From the IMG/VR virus record IMGVR_UViG_3300021091_000023: 55,089 nucleotides of DNA, one strand, 5' to 3'. Source of the DNA: an uncultured virus (IMG/VR IMGVR_UViG_3300021091_000023) (lineage: Duplodnaviria; Heunggongvirae; Uroviricota; Caudoviricetes). Both the position numbers and the translations under genes were made by a program. The notes beneath the pieces are model-generated. The model did not search any database. It saw only the letters and a program-made list of their open reading frames with translations, and had not been told where the DNA came from. This document shows, one piece after another, positions 32,028 to 41,012 of the stretch (the stretch's first letter is position 1; each line of letters starts with the position of its first letter).

Positions 32028-32609
32028 ATGAGAAAGAAACAACCAAAACAAGATCCCGATTATATGTTATTTATTTTCGGAGATTTTGATGAACAAGAAA
32101 ACTTGGCAACAAATTTGTCGTCTCAGTTATTGACCGTTGTTAGTTCACCATTTTTAAAATTCACATACGGTGAGTATGGTGTTGTTTTTCATTTTAGAAG
32201 TAATGAAGTTTTTTCTGATCTTAAAGAGTATGTGGATATGGCCATGTCAGAAATTACAGAACAATACTTCTTAATGGAAGTAACTGAAAAAGTTGACATA
32301 AAAATGCCAAGAAAATTAAAGAAAGATTTTTTGAATATTGACGAAGAAGAAAAAAAGAAAGACACAAAAACAGAAGAAATCAATGTAGAAGCAAAAAGAA
32401 AAGAAAGAAGAGAAGAATTAAGAAATTTTACGTTTGAGTTTCTGATGCCAGCAGACTTTAATCAAATGGTTCAAAAAAACGAACCTGAGTATTTACCAAC
32501 GGTGGACGAAATATTAGACAAAATAACAGAGAAAGGAATTGATTCATTAACAGAGACAGAAAAAGAGATTTTAGACAACTATGGGAAAAGAAAAGATGGA
32601 GGACGTTAA
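32028..32609 (+). CDS. hypothetical protein with C-terminal DUF6576-like motif
   Basis: VDEILDKITEKGIDSLTETEKEIL; likely start 32028. Confidence 0.65.
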   Translation: MRKKQPKQDPDYMLFIFGDFDEQENLATNLSSQLLTVVSSPFLKFTYGEYGVVFHFRSNEVFSDLKEYVDMAMSEITEQYFLMEVTEKVDIKMPRKLKKDFLNIDEEEKKKDTKTEEINVEAKRKERREELRNFTFEFLMPADFNQMVQKNEPEYLPTVDEILDKITEKGIDSLTETEKEILDNYGKRKDGGR

Positions 32610-33396
32610 ATCGTCAAACCCTTTGAATCAGGATGAGATTCAAATTTATTTAAAAGACATTAGAAAACTGAAGATTATGACACCTGACAGAGAGAAGTTC
32701 TTAGCCGAACGTATAACATCAAATGATTGTACGGAAATAGAAAAAGAACAAATCCAAAAAGAAATGTTGGAAGGTAATTTACGATTTGTAATTACAGTAG
32801 CAAAACAATATCAAAATCAAGGTATTGATTTATCAGACCTAATTGCAGAAGGAAACTTTGGTCTTATGAAGGCAATTAAAAACTTTGATTGGAGTAAAAA
32901 CAATCGTTTTATATCATATGCTGTTTGGTGGATTAAACAGTCAATTTTACAATCACTTAATGAAAATTCAAGAACAATAAGACTTCCAGTTAATGTTGTT
33001 CAAGACATGCAAAAAGAAAAAAAAGAAAACGAGAAAACAAATAACGATCTTTCCCAAAAGTTTGCAACACTACCAAGAATGATTGATTTGGATATGCATA
33101 TCAATGAAGACGGTGACACATTAATAGACATTATTAAAAATGAAAATGTTGAATCACCAGATGAAATATTTTCAACAAAAGATTTATTGAAAGAAAAAAT
33201 GATGAAAATAATGGGAGTTTTAGATAAAAGAGAAAGAGTTATTGTTGAAGATTATTATGGAATTACAGGAACACCAAGAACATTAGAAGACATCGGATCT
33301 GATTTTAGTTTAACAAAAGAAAGGGTTAGACAAATTAAAGAGAAGGCTCTTCGTAAACTTAGAAACGAATGTTCAGATTTATTTGAATATTTATGA
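32581..33396 (+). CDS. rpoD: RNA polymerase sigma factor, Bacteroidota RpoD-like
   Basis: YLKDI, NLRFVITVAKQYQNQG, DLIAEGN.GL, FISYAVWWIKQSI, RTIRLP, TLEDIG...LTKERVRQIKEKALRKLR; lacks region 1.1. Confidence 0.93.
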   Translation: MGKEKMEDVKSSNPLNQDEIQIYLKDIRKLKIMTPDREKFLAERITSNDCTEIEKEQIQKEMLEGNLRFVITVAKQYQNQGIDLSDLIAEGNFGLMKAIKNFDWSKNNRFISYAVWWIKQSILQSLNENSRTIRLPVNVVQDMQKEKKENEKTNNDLSQKFATLPRMIDLDMHINEDGDTLIDIIKNENVESPDEIFSTKDLLKEKMMKIMGVLDKRERVIVEDYYGITGTPRTLEDIGSDFSLTKERVRQIKEKALRKLRNECSDLFEYL

Positions 33397-33403
33397 TAAA
33401 AAG

Positions 33404-33435
33404 TTTGGCAGATTAAAAAAAAGATTATATCTTTG
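33404..33435 (+). promoter_or_regulatory. Bacteroidota consensus promoter
   Basis: TTTG (33404)-20 nt-TATCTTTG (33428). Confidence 0.75.
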
Positions 33436-33440
33436 TAAAA

Positions 33441-33563
33441 CAATCAGGGTAAAAGTCACTAATGAGCTCTAAGTGATTGGTTAAGTAGAAGTGGTTTAGG
33501 AAAAAACAAGCCTAAGTCGATAGGAAGATGGAAGACGATTCAGATACTAAGGTCTTATCCTAC
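33441..33563 (+). ncRNA. candidate small structured RNA
   Basis: Follows a consensus promoter, has no sizeable ORF, and has stems agtcact/agtgatt, ttagg/cctaa and tagga..aagac/gtctt..tccta. Confidence 0.45.
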
Positions 33564-33947
33564 TTAATCAACCCAAATTGTTAATTGTGGTCTACCCTCC
33601 CTTTCTTTTCTTATTACCGTTTTAGTTTTTAACACGAAATTATAAGGATCCTCTTTAATTAGTATTATGGGGATAAATAAATTACCACGTCTACTCCTAA
33701 CAATAAATTCGTCCTGATGGTTTAATTCACCCAAAACAATTTTAGTTGTAATTTCATCAACGGCCAAACCTAAAAGTAAATTAATATCACCTCTACTGAC
33801 ATTTCTTTCCATTTGTCTATTTTGAGTATGACCACCACTATCTAACCTAACTTCAAATGTTATATAAATTTGAGATTTTAATGTTGCTATTTTTTTCTCA
33901 AGCAATAAGTGTTTTAATATAGTCTCTCTTAATAATGATCTTTCCAT
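33564..33947 (-). CDS. tagged protein with DUF4258/RelE-like C-terminal domain
   Basis: HTQNRQMERNVSRGDI...KTV resembles the DUF4258 pattern; N-terminal LLRETILKHLLLE; TACTTAT upstream on the minus strand. Confidence 0.5.
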   Translation of the reverse strand: MERSLLRETILKHLLLEKKIATLKSQIYITFEVRLDSGGHTQNRQMERNVSRGDINLLLGLAVDEITTKIVLGELNHQDEFIVRSRRGNLFIPIILIKEDPYNFVLKTKTVIRKEREGRPQLTIWVD

Positions 33948-33987
33948 AACCTTTATTATAAGTATTTATTAATTATTGTTTATTATT

Positions 33988-35157
33988 ATGAAAGATAAAT
34001 TTTTACCTTGGTTTCTATCATTTTGTGCTCTTGGGTTATCAGGAACTGCTGCGTATTATAGTGTTGTTGGTTTGGCTGTTGTATTTGTTGGAGTAGCTAT
34101 TCCTGTCATCATTATGGGGGCCTTTTTAGAAATATCAAAAATTGCAATTGCAACTTATTTACACGACAAGTGGAAAGAAACCTATGGTGTATTAAAAATT
34201 TATATGACAATTGCCCTTGTAACACTATCTATTATTACTTCATTAGGGATATATGGGTTATTAAGTACTGGTTTTCAAGAAAATATTGCAAAACTTGAAA
34301 TAGGAGAAAAACAAGTTAAAAACGTTGAGGTAAAAAAGAAAAGATTCGAAGAAATAAAAGTTGAATTAACAAAAGAAAAGACAACTTTAGATAGTGATAT
34401 CACAAAACTAAGAGACGGACTATCAAATAACACAACAACACAAACAGTCGATAGAAGGACAGGTCAGTTAATAACAAGAGCAAATAATGCAAATAGAAAG
34501 TCATTTGAAGGACAATTAAAAGAGGCACAAACAAGAAGAGATACTATTTCAAAAAGAATTGATGGGTATAACGATAGTATTACAAAATTGGATGTTCAGA
34601 TTCTTGATATGGAATCGAAAGATGTTGGTGGAGGAGAACTTGGAACTATTAAATATTTAAGTGAGTTATTAGGTTGGGATATTAAAAAAACTGCAAACTT
34701 TTTTATTTTAATTTTAATTTTTGTTTTTGACCCTTTAGCTATTACACTTGTCATTGCGACAAATCAGGCTTTTAAAAACAAAAGAAAAAAAGATGATACC
34801 ACACAAGTACCGACTAAGTACCGACCAAGTACCGACCAAGTAGAACGAGAGTATGAAGTAGAGTATAAAACACAAGATCCTGTCATAATAGAAAAAATAA
34901 TTGAAGTTCCCGTGGAGGTTATTAAGGAGGTTGAAAAAATAGTTGAGGTCCCTGTTTATATTGAAAAAAACGACACACCAAATGAAGATTTTTTTGAAAG
35001 AGAAGACTTAATAGAATTTCAACTCAATGAACCAATTAAAGAAGACATAAAAATAGAAAATGAAATAAAAATAGTTGAGCACACAATACCAAATCAACCT
35101 AAACGTCTTTCATACACTAATAGAAATGGTGAATCTTTCAGAATCAATAGAATTTAA
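33988..35157 (+). CDS. multi-pass membrane protein with periplasmic coiled coil
   Basis: Three N-terminal TM helices, coiled coil, a further TM (FVFDPLAI), EVPVEVIKEVEK tract; TATTTAT at 33963. Confidence 0.75.
   Translation: MKDKFLPWFLSFCALGLSGTAAYYSVVGLAVVFVGVAIPVIIMGAFLEISKIAIATYLHDKWKETYGVLKIYMTIALVTLSIITSLGIYGLLSTGFQENIAKLEIGEKQVKNVEVKKKRFEEIKVELTKEKTTLDSDITKLRDGLSNNTTTQTVDRRTGQLITRANNANRKSFEGQLKEAQTRRDTISKRIDGYNDSITKLDVQILDMESKDVGGGELGTIKYLSELLGWDIKKTANFFILILIFVFDPLAITLVIATNQAFKNKRKKDDTTQVPTKYRPSTDQVEREYEVEYKTQDPVIIEKIIEVPVEVIKEVEKIVEVPVYIEKNDTPNEDFFEREDLIEFQLNEPIKEDIKIENEIKIVEHTIPNQPKRLSYTNRNGESFRINRI
34804..34842 (+). repeat. 11-bp tandem repeat x3.5 within CDS
   Basis: caagtaccgac taagtaccgac caagtaccgac caagta. 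Confidence 0.9.
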
Positions 35158-35725
35158 AGTATTAGGCTCAAATAAAGAAAAAAAACAAATAATAATCACC
35201 GAAACCAAAAGGGATTATAAAAAATATATAAATTCTTTAAAATACAGGTACAATAAAAAAAACCCATACCTCCCAAACTATGTTTTAACAAAAACCGGTG
35301 AAACCTATCAAATAATGAAACCTGAAAACTATTCAAATTTTATGAATAATGAACAAATTGATAAAAAATCAATAATCATTGCTTTAGAAAATTATGGTTG
35401 GTTGAAAAGAAAAGCACTTGATAATACGTATGTAAACTGGATTGGTGATATTTATAAAGAAGAGGTGTTTGAGAAAAACTGGAGGAACGAAATTTTTTGG
35501 GACAAGTATGGTATAAAACAAATTGAAGGATTATCTAAACTTTTGATTGAGTTATGTAAAAATTTTAAAATACCATTTTCTTGTGTTGAAAATAACGTAA
35601 AACAGGATGGGATTGAAAAATTTAATGGAATAGTATCGAAAAGTAATTTTGACTTTATTCACAAAGATGTAAACCCCTCTTTTGATTTTAAACTTTTAAA
35701 AAACAAATTACAAAATGACAAATAG
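35126..35725 (+). CDS. degenerate N-acetylmuramoyl-L-alanine amidase-like protein
   Basis: Amidase_2-like spacing (QIIITET, NYVLTKTGETYQ, SIIIALEN, QIEGL..L...LC, GIVSKS..KDV.P), but the Zn-binding His residues are absent. Confidence 0.55.
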   Translation: MVNLSESIEFKVLGSNKEKKQIIITETKRDYKKYINSLKYRYNKKNPYLPNYVLTKTGETYQIMKPENYSNFMNNEQIDKKSIIIALENYGWLKRKALDNTYVNWIGDIYKEEVFEKNWRNEIFWDKYGIKQIEGLSKLLIELCKNFKIPFSCVENNVKQDGIEKFNGIVSKSNFDFIHKDVNPSFDFKLLKNKLQNDK

Positions 35726-36254
35726 TTACGATGAAATAAAATTATTACTTAAAAGGTCAAAGATGTTGACAGAACAAATTGGTCCTATAAATTTAGCAAA
35801 AAGTATTGAAGACAATATCTCAGACACCGAAACAGATCAAAAGGGTGAAACTGACTCAATAAAAAAAGATAAAACTAAAACATATAGAATATCGGGGGGA
35901 TTAATAAGCTTACACGGTAAAGATAAAAAAACATTAGAATTAACATCAGAAGAAAAAACATCATACCAAGAAACAATGGATGAGTTTGTTGCTGACGTAT
36001 CAGACCTATCTGACTTTGGTGTTTTAAATGTATACGAAAACGAAGTACAGTGGAGTGGAAAAGTTATTGATTTTGATCTTGAATTCTTCTTTTCAATCGG
36101 TGAGGAAAATGGTGTTTATATTAATGGTGATATGATTAAATTAGATGAAAATTTAACCGAATTAATTAATAAGTTAACCTCATATTATGAAAAATTTAAA
36201 ACAAAATGGGCTAAAGTTTTATCTACAAGAAAAAAAACACAAGTGAAACAATGA
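35715..36254 (+). CDS. hypothetical (possible head-related) protein
   Basis: 179 aa, coupled, N-terminal EIKLLLKRSKMLTE. Confidence 0.65.
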   Translation: MTNSYDEIKLLLKRSKMLTEQIGPINLAKSIEDNISDTETDQKGETDSIKKDKTKTYRISGGLISLHGKDKKTLELTSEEKTSYQETMDEFVADVSDLSDFGVLNVYENEVQWSGKVIDFDLEFFFSIGEENGVYINGDMIKLDENLTELINKLTSYYEKFKTKWAKVLSTRKKTQVKQ

Positions 36255-36604
36255 AAAACTTTATAAAAACATATTTCAAAGAAATTTTACTAGTGGCATT
36301 AATTTGTGTTTTAATTTTTTTATCAGTTAAAATATTAACACCAGCACCTGACAAAAGTGAATTGTTGAAATATAAATTACAACAATTAGATATAAAAATA
36401 AATGATTTAAAACAAAAACAAAAACAATTAGATGACTCAATTTCCTTCTATAAAAAAGACATAGAAAGAATTGATGAAAATATAGAAAATATCAGATCTC
36501 AAAAAACAGTTATTAATAATTTTTATGATAAAAAAGATATCGATATTAAAGGATGGACAAATAAACAAATTGATAGCTCATTAAGAAAAAGATACAAATT
36601 TTAA
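36251..36604 (+). CDS. N-terminal TM coiled-coil protein (i-spanin-like)
   Basis: Single TM helix followed by heptads. Confidence 0.5.
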   Translation: MKNFIKTYFKEILLVALICVLIFLSVKILTPAPDKSELLKYKLQQLDIKINDLKQKQKQLDDSISFYKKDIERIDENIENIRSQKTVINNFYDKKDIDIKGWTNKQIDSSLRKRYKF

Positions 36605-36607
36605 TTT

Positions 36608-37021
36608 ATGAAAAAACTTATACTTTTTATTTTATTTTTAATTCCTTTTACGATTTTATCTCAAAAAGAAGTAAAAAAGGACACCACACAGATTTGTCTC
36701 CCAACAGAAATTGTAAGACAAATTGTTTCAGATTTAAACGAGTTAGATAAGTTACGCGATTTGAAAAAATTAACTGATTTTGAAGTTTCCGAACTAGAAA
36801 AAAAAGTACTTAAACAAGATTCAATTATTTCAAAATTAGAACAGAAAGATGTTAACAACCAAATAATAGTTTTCAGGGTTGAAGAAAAATATAAACTTGT
36901 CGAAAACGATAATAAAGATTTAAGACAAAAGTTAAAATGGGCCGGAATAAAATCTAACATAATAGAAATTTTTTCAGGAGCATTGATGGCATCATTTGTA
37001 TACATTCAATTATTTAAATAA
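36608..37021 (+). CDS. secreted coiled-coil protein with C-terminal hydrophobic segment (spanin partner-like)
   Basis: Signal peptide MKKLILFILFLIPFTILSQ, coiled coil, hydrophobic tail. Confidence 0.5.
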   Translation: MKKLILFILFLIPFTILSQKEVKKDTTQICLPTEIVRQIVSDLNELDKLRDLKKLTDFEVSELEKKVLKQDSIISKLEQKDVNNQIIVFRVEEKYKLVENDNKDLRQKLKWAGIKSNIIEIFSGALMASFVYIQLFK

Positions 37022-37497
37022 TGTTAAGTAAAGAAAAATTATATAAATTTCTTTTTGAAAAAGAAACTAAAGAGGCTACAGGATCTGGTTCTGCTGGCGG
37101 TTTTTCGGGCCCTGCATTTTCAATGTGGTCTGAAGACGACGAGGCTAAGTCAGAATATAAAAGAATGGAAGGGGAGTTCAAAGAAGCGACATCATCATCT
37201 TCGGTAGGGCCATACGATGCTAATAGTTTTGAAAATATCAATATGAGGGGCAACACAACTAAAGGTAGAGGTAGATCTTGGAAACAAACACAAATAAAAG
37301 GAGGGTCTTTTGTTGACATTAACCCTAAATGTAAGTCTTTTCCATATTGCAACCAAGGAAATACGGGTGCTGTTATATATAAAAAAAGTTTAAAGAAAGA
37401 ATCACCGTTGAGTGAAGCAATATATAACGTTTCAATCATGACTGGTTTAAGTGAAAATCAAATAAAAAAAATAATATTATCTAAGTTTAAAGGATAA
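37021..37497 (+). CDS. hypothetical (possible prohead-associated) protein
   Basis: Two EAT-S/G-rich repeats, CKSFPYCNQG motif. Confidence 0.65.
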   Translation: MLSKEKLYKFLFEKETKEATGSGSAGGFSGPAFSMWSEDDEAKSEYKRMEGEFKEATSSSSVGPYDANSFENINMRGNTTKGRGRSWKQTQIKGGSFVDINPKCKSFPYCNQGNTGAVIYKKSLKKESPLSEAIYNVSIMTGLSENQIKKIILSKFKG

Positions 37498-37524
37498 TTT
37501 ATAATCTATAAGATATTTATTGTT

Positions 37525-38649
37525 ATGAATAGAAAAATTTATGATATAATAAGTAAAGTTTTATCTGAAGGATCAGGTGGAATGTGCTCAGAGTGTGGCA
37601 ATTACTCAATGAATGAGGGAGAATGTTCAGAATGTGGATATAATGAAGGAGAATTCAAAGAATCACTGAAAGGTAATCAAAGAAGAATTGATTTGAACAA
37701 AAATAATAAAATCGATTCAGACGACTTCAAAAGACTTAGAATGAGAAAAAAACACAAAAAAAATGAAAATGAAGAGTGTTATGAATGTGGCGATTCTAAA
37801 ACAATGTATGAAATTGAAGTTGAAGAAAGTCCCGAATTTAATTATGCCGCAATGAAAGCAAGGGAATCCGGTAAAAAAAGTTTTAAATTAGGTGGTAAAA
37901 CTTTTCCTGTTGAAGAAGATGTTTATGAGATTAATATGAATGAATCTACGGGAGAAACAATAAAATTAAGAGAAAGTGAAATAGTCGACATTATTGAAAC
38001 AATAGTTAAAGAAGAAAAAAAGAAAAAGACTAAAGTAAACAACGCAACTAAAAGTGCACAATCAAGATCTAAAAAAGAAAATGATGATTACATAAGTAGT
38101 GTTGTTAAAAAAATGAAAGACTATTTGAAAGTCGGATCTAAAGGTGATTTTGAAATGGAACCAAAACATTTTCCTAAAGGAAATGGTGAATTGGCAAAAA
38201 TGGACAAAATGGCTTATACTTTGTCGGATACCGCTCATGAGTATATTGATAATTTTACAGGTGCTGGTTTAGAAAATTTAGATTATGATGAAATACACCC
38301 TAATGAAAAATGGGTTGATATGAATATGATGGGTGATTCTAAAACGGGTAATAATCCTGGATGGGCGAACGCGGTCGAAACCCCAGTTAATAAAAATAGA
38401 AACCAAATTAGAAAAGACAATTTATTAGCCAAAGTCAAAAGAATGGCTTATCAAAAAGACGATCAACCTGTTAAAATAGATAGAACAGGTTCTGATTATG
38501 GGGATGATAGTAACAAATTAACTAAAATGTTAAAAACAGCTTCTAAAAAATCTAAAACAACTAATGAGTCTACAGTAAAAAACACTGAAGTTTTAAATGA
38601 AATTTCTCAAATGAAAAATTTGATTAATTATAATAAAAATACTCAATAA
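37525..38649 (+). CDS. putative prohead core/scaffold-like protein
   Basis: TATTTAT at 37514, CxECG repeats, EF-hand-like DLNKNNKIDSDD, many xE candidate cleavage sites, C-terminal NEISQMKNLINY. Confidence 0.55.
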   Translation: MNRKIYDIISKVLSEGSGGMCSECGNYSMNEGECSECGYNEGEFKESLKGNQRRIDLNKNNKIDSDDFKRLRMRKKHKKNENEECYECGDSKTMYEIEVEESPEFNYAAMKARESGKKSFKLGGKTFPVEEDVYEINMNESTGETIKLRESEIVDIIETIVKEEKKKKTKVNNATKSAQSRSKKENDDYISSVVKKMKDYLKVGSKGDFEMEPKHFPKGNGELAKMDKMAYTLSDTAHEYIDNFTGAGLENLDYDEIHPNEKWVDMNMMGDSKTGNNPGWANAVETPVNKNRNQIRKDNLLAKVKRMAYQKDDQPVKIDRTGSDYGDDSNKLTKMLKTASKKSKTTNESTVKNTEVLNEISQMKNLINYNKNTQ

Positions 38650-38686
38650 ATATTCAATTTTTAAGTGACTCATACTATTTTTCATT

Positions 38687-39193
38687 ATGGATAATAATAG
38701 TATGGGTCGTTTTTTTGATTGGTTGGCTAAACCAATGAATCTTGACGATATTAATGCTTGGTATTTGGCAAATAATATCACTCTAGAACTTACAGAACTT
38801 TTTAGAGATTTTTGCATGTCTTTTTTAAATTTATTAAATGAGACATATTTGGGTGAGGATGAGTTTACATCCCTTGAAACAAAGGTCGGAATGTCTTCAG
38901 AACAAAAAAAACAACATTTTAAATGGTGTTGGGACAAAACAATAGAAAACTTTAAAAAAGAAGAAATTTATTTTATTTTTACAGAAGAAGATTCCTCTTT
39001 TTTTGAAACATTTTTTTTTGACGTTTTTTATTCCCAAAGCATGTCAGAACATAAAAAATCGGTAAACAGTTTTTTCGAGCAAATTTTTGATTATAAATAC
39101 CAAAAAACAAAATCAGATATAGAAATCTTTACTGATTTATATAAATTATTAGAAAGGTCATTAAAAGTTGATGAAACATATTTACAAAACTAG
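38687..39193 (+). CDS. hypothetical protein
   Basis: 168-aa ORF with typical codon usage. Confidence 0.7.
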   Translation: MDNNSMGRFFDWLAKPMNLDDINAWYLANNITLELTELFRDFCMSFLNLLNETYLGEDEFTSLETKVGMSSEQKKQHFKWCWDKTIENFKKEEIYFIFTEEDSSFFETFFFDVFYSQSMSEHKKSVNSFFEQIFDYKYQKTKSDIEIFTDLYKLLERSLKVDETYLQN

Positions 39194-39236
39194 ATAAAAT
39201 AATATATTATATTTAATAAAAAATAAAAAATAAAAA

Positions 39237-39422
39237 ATGGAAACTTTAGAACAAATCAAAACATTAGTTGAAACATTATCAACTGAAACAACAAAATTTT
39301 ATACTAAAAACAACCAATCTGCAGGTACAAGAGCGAGAAAAACAGCACAAGAATTAAAAGATTTAATGCAAGTTTTAAGAAAAGAAATTTTAACACATAC
39401 AAAAGAAAGTAAAAATGCTTAA
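39237..39422 (+). CDS. histone H1-like Hc1 family protein
   Basis: KF..KNNQSAGTRARK...ELK.L...LRK matches the short Bacteroidota/phage Hc1-like proteins. Confidence 0.75.
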   Translation: METLEQIKTLVETLSTETTKFYTKNNQSAGTRARKTAQELKDLMQVLRKEILTHTKESKNA

Positions 39423-39606
39423 TATACTTTTACCCATATTAACTTTTATATTTACATTTTCAATAATTTGGGTTATAAAAACAACATTTATGTTTTTTAG
39501 TGCATTACTTTCTACCCCACCCAAACCTTTTGAAATAAGTAAATTAGAAGTTTTAATACACGGACTTTTAATTTCTTACATCATAACCTTTTCAATATAT
39601 ATTTAA
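39415..39606 (+). CDS. small two-TM membrane protein
   Basis: Two hydrophobic segments. Confidence 0.65.
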   Translation: MLNILLPILTFIFTFSIIWVIKTTFMFFSALLSTPPKPFEISKLEVLIHGLLISYIITFSIYI

Positions 39607-39607
39607 A

Positions 39608-40042
39608 ATGATATTCAGTAATTTTTTTAATAAGACAAATAAATATTTAAAATCTGTAAGAATTTTAAAAAATTATGTTAGTGTGGATATGTCATTCCCA
39701 ACAACATGGAAGATGATAAATAATAGACCAAACGAGGTTGAGATTTTACAAAATGAAACAAATGAAGGGACAATACTTACTTCTTTTGTTTGTGTTAATG
39801 AAAAAGAATATATTGATTTATTAGAAAAGTCATTGGATGCTTTTATTAAAACAAATATAGAAAGAGAAGAAAAAGAAAGACTCTTTAAAAGTAAAGTACA
39901 AGAATTGAAAAATATCTTTGATAAAGAAAAATTAGAAAATTTAAAAAGTTTAAAATTTGATATTGAAGAATTAACAAAATACTTAGAAAACGATGAATCA
40001 AAAGATGTTGAGCAAACTACAGAAACAGCTCAAAATGTTTGA
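39608..40042 (+). CDS. hypothetical protein
   Basis: Coupled ORF with a coiled-coil C-terminus. Confidence 0.7.
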   Translation: MIFSNFFNKTNKYLKSVRILKNYVSVDMSFPTTWKMINNRPNEVEILQNETNEGTILTSFVCVNEKEYIDLLEKSLDAFIKTNIEREEKERLFKSKVQELKNIFDKEKLENLKSLKFDIEELTKYLENDESKDVEQTTETAQNV

Positions 40043-40202
40043 AGAAGAAGAACTTAATTCTAACAAGTTTGCAGAAGAATATAAAAAGAAATTATCTGAA
40101 GAGATAAAAAAGCTTAAACCTGAAGAGATAAAAAACACTGAAATGGTTGAACGTAAATATACTATATGGGAAAGGCTATTGAGAACTTTAGGGAAGAATT
40201 AG
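39993..40202 (+). CDS. hypothetical protein
   Basis: Short overlapping ORF in the operon; exact start uncertain. Confidence 0.55.
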   Translation: MNQKMLSKLQKQLKMFEEEELNSNKFAEEYKKKLSEEIKKLKPEEIKNTEMVERKYTIWERLLRTLGKN

Positions 40203-40387
40203 CAAAACTAGCTCAGGCTGTTGAGACCTTGGAAAGTACATTCATTGGTGAATCTGAACAAAAAATATTAATCGAGTTAGAAGAATCAAAATACGAGAGT
40301 TTAATGATTAATTTAAATAACTTTTCAAATGATAAAGAATGTATTATATCTTTGGGAAATACTAGTTTTATCTTTTCGAAAAAGTAG
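40166..40387 (+). CDS. hypothetical protein
   Basis: 73 aa, converges on the minus-strand gene. Confidence 0.6.
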   Translation: MGKAIENFREELAKLAQAVETLESTFIGESEQKILIELEESKYESLMINLNNFSNDKECIISLGNTSFIFSKK

Positions 40388-41012
40388 TTTTTAAACGGTA
40401 TAATCTTTTTTTCTCAAACCCCTTTTTACTTAAAACATCGTAAATCCATTTTCTCTGTGCGTTTGAAACATCTTTTACAAAGATGGCATCAGACCTTTTA
40501 TTTTGGTAAAAGTGCTCTTCTAAAATGTCAATAAATCTATGAGATTCATTACAATCTTTTAATGAGAAAATAACAACATCCTCATCTATCTGTACACATA
40601 TTTTGTTGTTTAAACTGAATATATTTTTGAGGTCTTTAGTTTTACAATATTCGTTAATAAAATCATGAACCCCTATTTTTTTTGATTTTTGCCAATCATA
40701 AATCAATTCTTCAACCTTAAACCTTGATATTTTAGTAAAAACATAATCAGGGTTTTCTAAATTTACAGTGATATTACGGCCTAAATTATCGGTTAAAAAT
40801 AAAGACTCTTGAATTTTTTTTTGATTTGTTATCAAACCTAATTCGTAATTTGTTTCTTCTGAGTTCTCTACAATTTTTTCAAATACAATTTTATCATTTT
40901 CTTTTAATAATGAATTATATTTTTCTATAGCCCTTTTTTCAGTATTATAACATTTGATAATTTTTCTTTTTTTCTTATTCTTAAACAAGACTATTATAAA
41001 TTTACTTTTCAT
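40368..41012 (-). CDS. hypothetical protein
   Basis: 214-aa minus-strand ORF with a clear switch in A/T skew. Confidence 0.75.
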   Translation of the reverse strand: MKSKFIIVLFKNKKKRKIIKCYNTEKRAIEKYNSLLKENDKIVFEKIVENSEETNYELGLITNQKKIQESLFLTDNLGRNITVNLENPDYVFTKISRFKVEELIYDWQKSKKIGVHDFINEYCKTKDLKNIFSLNNKICVQIDEDVVIFSLKDCNESHRFIDILEEHFYQNKRSDAIFVKDVSNAQRKWIYDVLSKKGFEKKRLYRLKTTFSKR

